Shown: piece by piece, positions 7,970 to 10,161 of the stretch | How positions within the stretch are numbered: position 1 is the first letter of the stretch | How the letters are laid out: each line of letters opens with the position of its first letter | Assembly: GCA_027340875.1 (NCBI GenBank) | Contig: DAIENX010000010.1 | Coordinates: 1-10,161, forward strand | Direction of reading: 5' to 3' | From: Elusimicrobiota bacterium | GTDB taxonomy: Bacteria; Elusimicrobiota; Elusimicrobia; Elusimicrobiales; UBA9959 | Length of the DNA: 10,161 nucleotides | Notes under the pieces: model-generated | Databases searched by the model: none | The model's input: only the letters and a program-made list of their open reading frames with translations | What the model was told of the DNA's origin: nothing | Translations under genes and position numbers: made by a program

Positions 7970-8671
7970 ATGCGCGCCAAACAGACCATACTGGTCATAG
8001 ACGACGAACCGTCCCTCCTGAAATCCGTCAAGGAACGGCTGGAGATGGAGAATTACAACGTGCTGACCAGCCAGACCGCCGAGCAGGCCCTGCAGACCCT
8101 TTCCAGGTTCACCCCCGACCTGATGGTGGTGGACCTGCGGCTTCCCGGCATGAGCGGACTGGATCTCTGCCGCCGCGTCCGCGCCTCGGACGGCCCGTCC
8201 CGGCTTACCCCTATAATCTTCCTCACCACCGACCGCAGCGAGGTGAACAAGGTGCTGGGCCTGGAGCTGGGCGGCGACGACTACATGACCAAGCCCTTCA
8301 GCCCGGCCGAGTTCGTGGCCAGGGTCAAGGCCCTGATACGCCGAAGCCTTTCGTCGGACGAGCGGGAGCAGGAGGAGACGCTCGCCTCCGGACCGCTGAC
8401 GATAAGCCACGCCAGGCACGAAGCCGCCGTAGGGAGCCGCCGCCTGGAGCTCTCCCCGAAGGAGTTCGAGATCCTCTACCTCCTGGTCAGGAAGAGCGGC
8501 AGAGTGATGACGCGCCAGTTCCTGATGGAACGCATCTGGGGACGGCCTTACGCCAACACCAGCCGCGTGATAGACACGCATATCAAGAACATCCGCAAGA
8601 GCCTGGGCGAGCTGCAGGACTGTCTGCTCACGATAGAAGGCCTGGGCTATAAATGGGAGCCCCGGCAGTAA
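7970..8671 (+). CDS. OmpR/PhoB-family DNA-binding response regulator
   Basis: Receiver ILVIDDEP, phospho-acceptor VVDLRLPGMSG, IFLT and DDYMTKPF. Winged-helix LSPKEFEILYLL, SRVIDTHIKNIRKSL and TIEGLGYKW. The AGGAG RBS overlaps the kinase stop. Confidence 0.95.
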   Translation: MRAKQTILVIDDEPSLLKSVKERLEMENYNVLTSQTAEQALQTLSRFTPDLMVVDLRLPGMSGLDLCRRVRASDGPSRLTPIIFLTTDRSEVNKVLGLELGGDDYMTKPFSPAEFVARVKALIRRSLSSDEREQEETLASGPLTISHARHEAAVGSRRLELSPKEFEILYLLVRKSGRVMTRQFLMERIWGRPYANTSRVIDTHIKNIRKSLGELQDCLLTIEGLGYKWEPRQ

Positions 8672-8681
8672 CGGCCGGCCG

Positions 8682-8703
8682 CAATCTTCACACAATCTTC
8701 ACA
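8682..8703 (+). promoter_or_regulatory. perfect 11-bp tandem repeat, candidate OmpR/PhoB-family binding box
   Basis: CAATCTTCACA CAATCTTCACA, i.e. TTCACA-N5-TTCACA. The one-helical-turn period is typical of head-to-tail wHTH binding. Confidence 0.75.
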
Positions 8704-8731
8704 TTAAAAACACCCCTGCGCCTCTTCAGTA

Positions 8732-8740
8732 TGCTATACT
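8732..8740 (+). promoter_or_regulatory. extended -10 promoter of the pilin gene
   Basis: TGcTATACT in an AT-rich intergenic stretch. The -35 position (ACCCCT) is non-consensus. A purine-rich RBS, AGGAGAGG, lies at 8781-8788. Confidence 0.6.
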
Positions 8741-8797
8741 TTAACTCGACAAGATGTATATAACGGGGTAAGAAACCGAGAGGAGAGGTAAACCGAT

Positions 8798-9244
8798 ATG
8801 AACAGGATTAGAAGGGGTTTTACGCTGATAGAGCTGCTGGTGGTCGTGCTGATCATCGGTATCCTGGCGTCCATCGCCATCCCGCAGTACTTCAAGGTCG
8901 TCGAGAAGTCCCGCATCGCGGAAGCGATGTCGCTGGTAGCGGCGATCAAGTCCGCAGAAGAGCGGTACCTGGCGCGCGGCGGCACCTACACCACCGACTT
9001 CAAGAAGCTGGACATCACCTATCCTAACATGACCGCCTCCGCGATCACGACCAAGTTCTTCTCGGCCGCGATAGCCGACGCCTCGGACTCCAACGGCCCC
9101 GGCTACACGCTGACCGTCACCCGTCAGACCACGAACTCCAGCGTGGCCGCCCGCTACGGCACCTATGCGCTGACCTGCTCGGTGCCCAACGCGCCGGCCG
9201 TAACTTCGGCCAAGCAGGAAGTCAAGGACGAGCTCCTGGACTAA
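8798..9244 (+). CDS. type IV pilin (class III signal peptide; PilA/PilE-like), candidate major pilin
   Basis: MNRIRRG|FTLIELLVVVLIIGILASIAIPQY has a short basic leader, G-1/F+1/E+5, G14 and P22. The mature protein is 141 aa. It has its own promoter, a strong RBS and a terminator. Confidence 0.95.
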   Translation: MNRIRRGFTLIELLVVVLIIGILASIAIPQYFKVVEKSRIAEAMSLVAAIKSAEERYLARGGTYTTDFKKLDITYPNMTASAITTKFFSAAIADASDSNGPGYTLTVTRQTTNSSVAARYGTYALTCSVPNAPAVTSAKQEVKDELLD

Positions 9245-9256
9245 CGGCCGGTAAGG

Positions 9257-9294
9257 CGATAAAAAAACCCCGCTCCGGCGGGGTTTTTTTATCG
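9257..9294. terminator. bidirectional rho-independent terminator
   Basis: Perfect 17-bp inverted repeat CGATAAAAAAACCCCGC-TCCG-GCGGGGTTTTTTTATCG, giving a T7 tract on either strand, between convergent genes. Confidence 0.93.
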
Positions 9295-9312
9295 TTCCTC
9301 CCTAACTTTAGG

Positions 9313-10161
9313 CTAGCCTGCCGCCAGTTCCCCCCTGCCCGCTTCGAACACCACTCCCAGCCCGTCCCTTGCGAACCAGAGGCGGCCGTTGTGCCAGCTG
9401 AAGGCCGAGAGTGGATAGCCGGGGCGTGCGGTCTTGAGCGTGAAGACCTTGTCCAGCGTCAGGGTGTCGTCGAGCTTATGCCTGTATATCTTCCCGGTGG
9501 AAGAAACGGCGGTCCACAGGTATTTCCCGTCCTTGAAGATCTGGTCCGGCTTCTCCGGCAGCCTGAACGACACCGAGGGCGTCAGCTCCGAGTCGGGGCG
9601 GCGCAGCACGGCGTTGCCTTCGCTGTCGCAGGTCCAGAGGTATTCGCCGTCGTAGAAGAGCGCGCTGACCTTGCCCGGCGCGGGAAAACTGCGCACCAGC
9701 GGCAGACCGGGTTCCAGCTTGCGCTGCTCGATCACCTTCTTCCAGGAATCCGCGACGTACAGATAGCCCCCGGCGGACGCCAGCCCGCTGATGTGCGTCT
9801 TTTCCAGCGGGAAGGTGCGCTCCAGGCGGAGGCCGTCCCTGGAAGAGGAGTAGAGATATACCGCCTGGGTGAGCCAGTCGCCGGCGTATAACTTGTCGCC
9901 GCCGGTCCAGACCAGCGCCGAGATATTGGCGGCGACCCCCGGGTATTCGCGGTAATACGAGGCGCTGCCGGAAACGGAACGGTATATGCCGAAAAGCAGC
10001 GCCGCGGCGACCAGCGCCCCCGCGAACAGCCAGGAACCCTTTCCGCCGGAAGGAGCGACCGAGGCCGGCGCCGGGACGGGCGCCGGGGCCGGCTGCACGG
10101 CCGGCCTGGCCGGAACGGCCTCCGGCTGCGCGGGTCTGGCGGGCGGCGCGGCGCGGCGCTG
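9313..10161 (-). CDS. membrane-anchored beta-propeller repeat protein (hypothetical), 5' end outside window
   Basis: The frame stays open to the window end (QRRAAPPARPAQPEAVPARPAVQPAPAPVPAP...). A Pro/Ala linker leads to a TM helix (WLFAGALVAAALLFGIY) and five ~43-aa repeats (ISALVWTGGDKLYAGD, ISGLASAGGYLYVAD, VSALFYDGEYLWTCD, PDQIFKDGKYLWTAV, LSAFSWHNGRLWFAR). Confidence 0.8.
   Translation of the reverse strand, partial: QRRAAPPARPAQPEAVPARPAVQPAPAPVPAPASVAPSGGKGSWLFAGALVAAALLFGIYRSVSGSASYYREYPGVAANISALVWTGGDKLYAGDWLTQAVYLYSSSRDGLRLERTFPLEKTHISGLASAGGYLYVADSWKKVIEQRKLEPGLPLVRSFPAPGKVSALFYDGEYLWTCDSEGNAVLRRPDSELTPSVSFRLPEKPDQIFKDGKYLWTAVSSTGKIYRHKLDDTLTLDKVFTLKTARPGYPLSAFSWHNGRLWFARDGLGVVFEAGRGELAAG

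Noticed and set aside
7958..7972. Kinase TAG is in frame with the regulator (TAG GAG AAC GCC ATG), suggesting a read-through hybrid protein
   Set aside because: Frame coincidence has a 1-in-3 chance. The regulator has its own AGGAG RBS, TAG also terminates the propeller gene, and no recoding signal is visible.
6443..8695. 750-aa antisense ORF and 581-aa alternative-frame ORF (6907-8652) over the two-component genes
   Set aside because: These are shadow ORFs from high GC3 codon bias. Kinase and regulator share one frame, so the shadows span both. They have no recognisable domains, and the antisense ORF ends inside the tRNA.
8819..9244. Electrically conductive (e-pilin) type
   Set aside because: It is a full-length 141-aa pilin with about 12 F/Y residues (~8.5%) and no aromatic at position 27, which is insufficient support.
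6432..9294. Genomic island integrated at tRNA-Lys
   Set aside because: There is no integrase, no duplicated tRNA 3' end in the window, and no evident shift in codon or GC style.

Overview
This is a GC-rich bacterial window. The pilin N-terminus is of the type abundant in Elusimicrobiota, though that assignment is inference. The left half is a tightly packed minus-strand operon: ftsQ-like, ftsA, ftsZ, a PilT/PilU ATPase, a deoxynucleoside kinase, cmk and a plsC-type acyltransferase that runs off the window start. A 293-bp divergent intergenic region follows. It holds two identical 32-bp direct repeats, each containing a perfect 10-5-10 palindrome and a sigma70-like promoter facing ftsQ, and they flank a 144-bp hairpin-rich GC insert. 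The plus strand then carries tRNA-Lys(TTT), a HAMP sensor kinase, an OmpR-family regulator, a perfect 11-bp tandem box with an extended -10, and a type IV pilin. A bidirectional terminator separates the pilin from a convergent membrane-anchored beta-propeller gene that runs off the window end. The best leads are the repeat-flanked element at the ftsQAZ promoter and an apparent OmpR-type, non-PilSR/sigma54, control module for the pilin.
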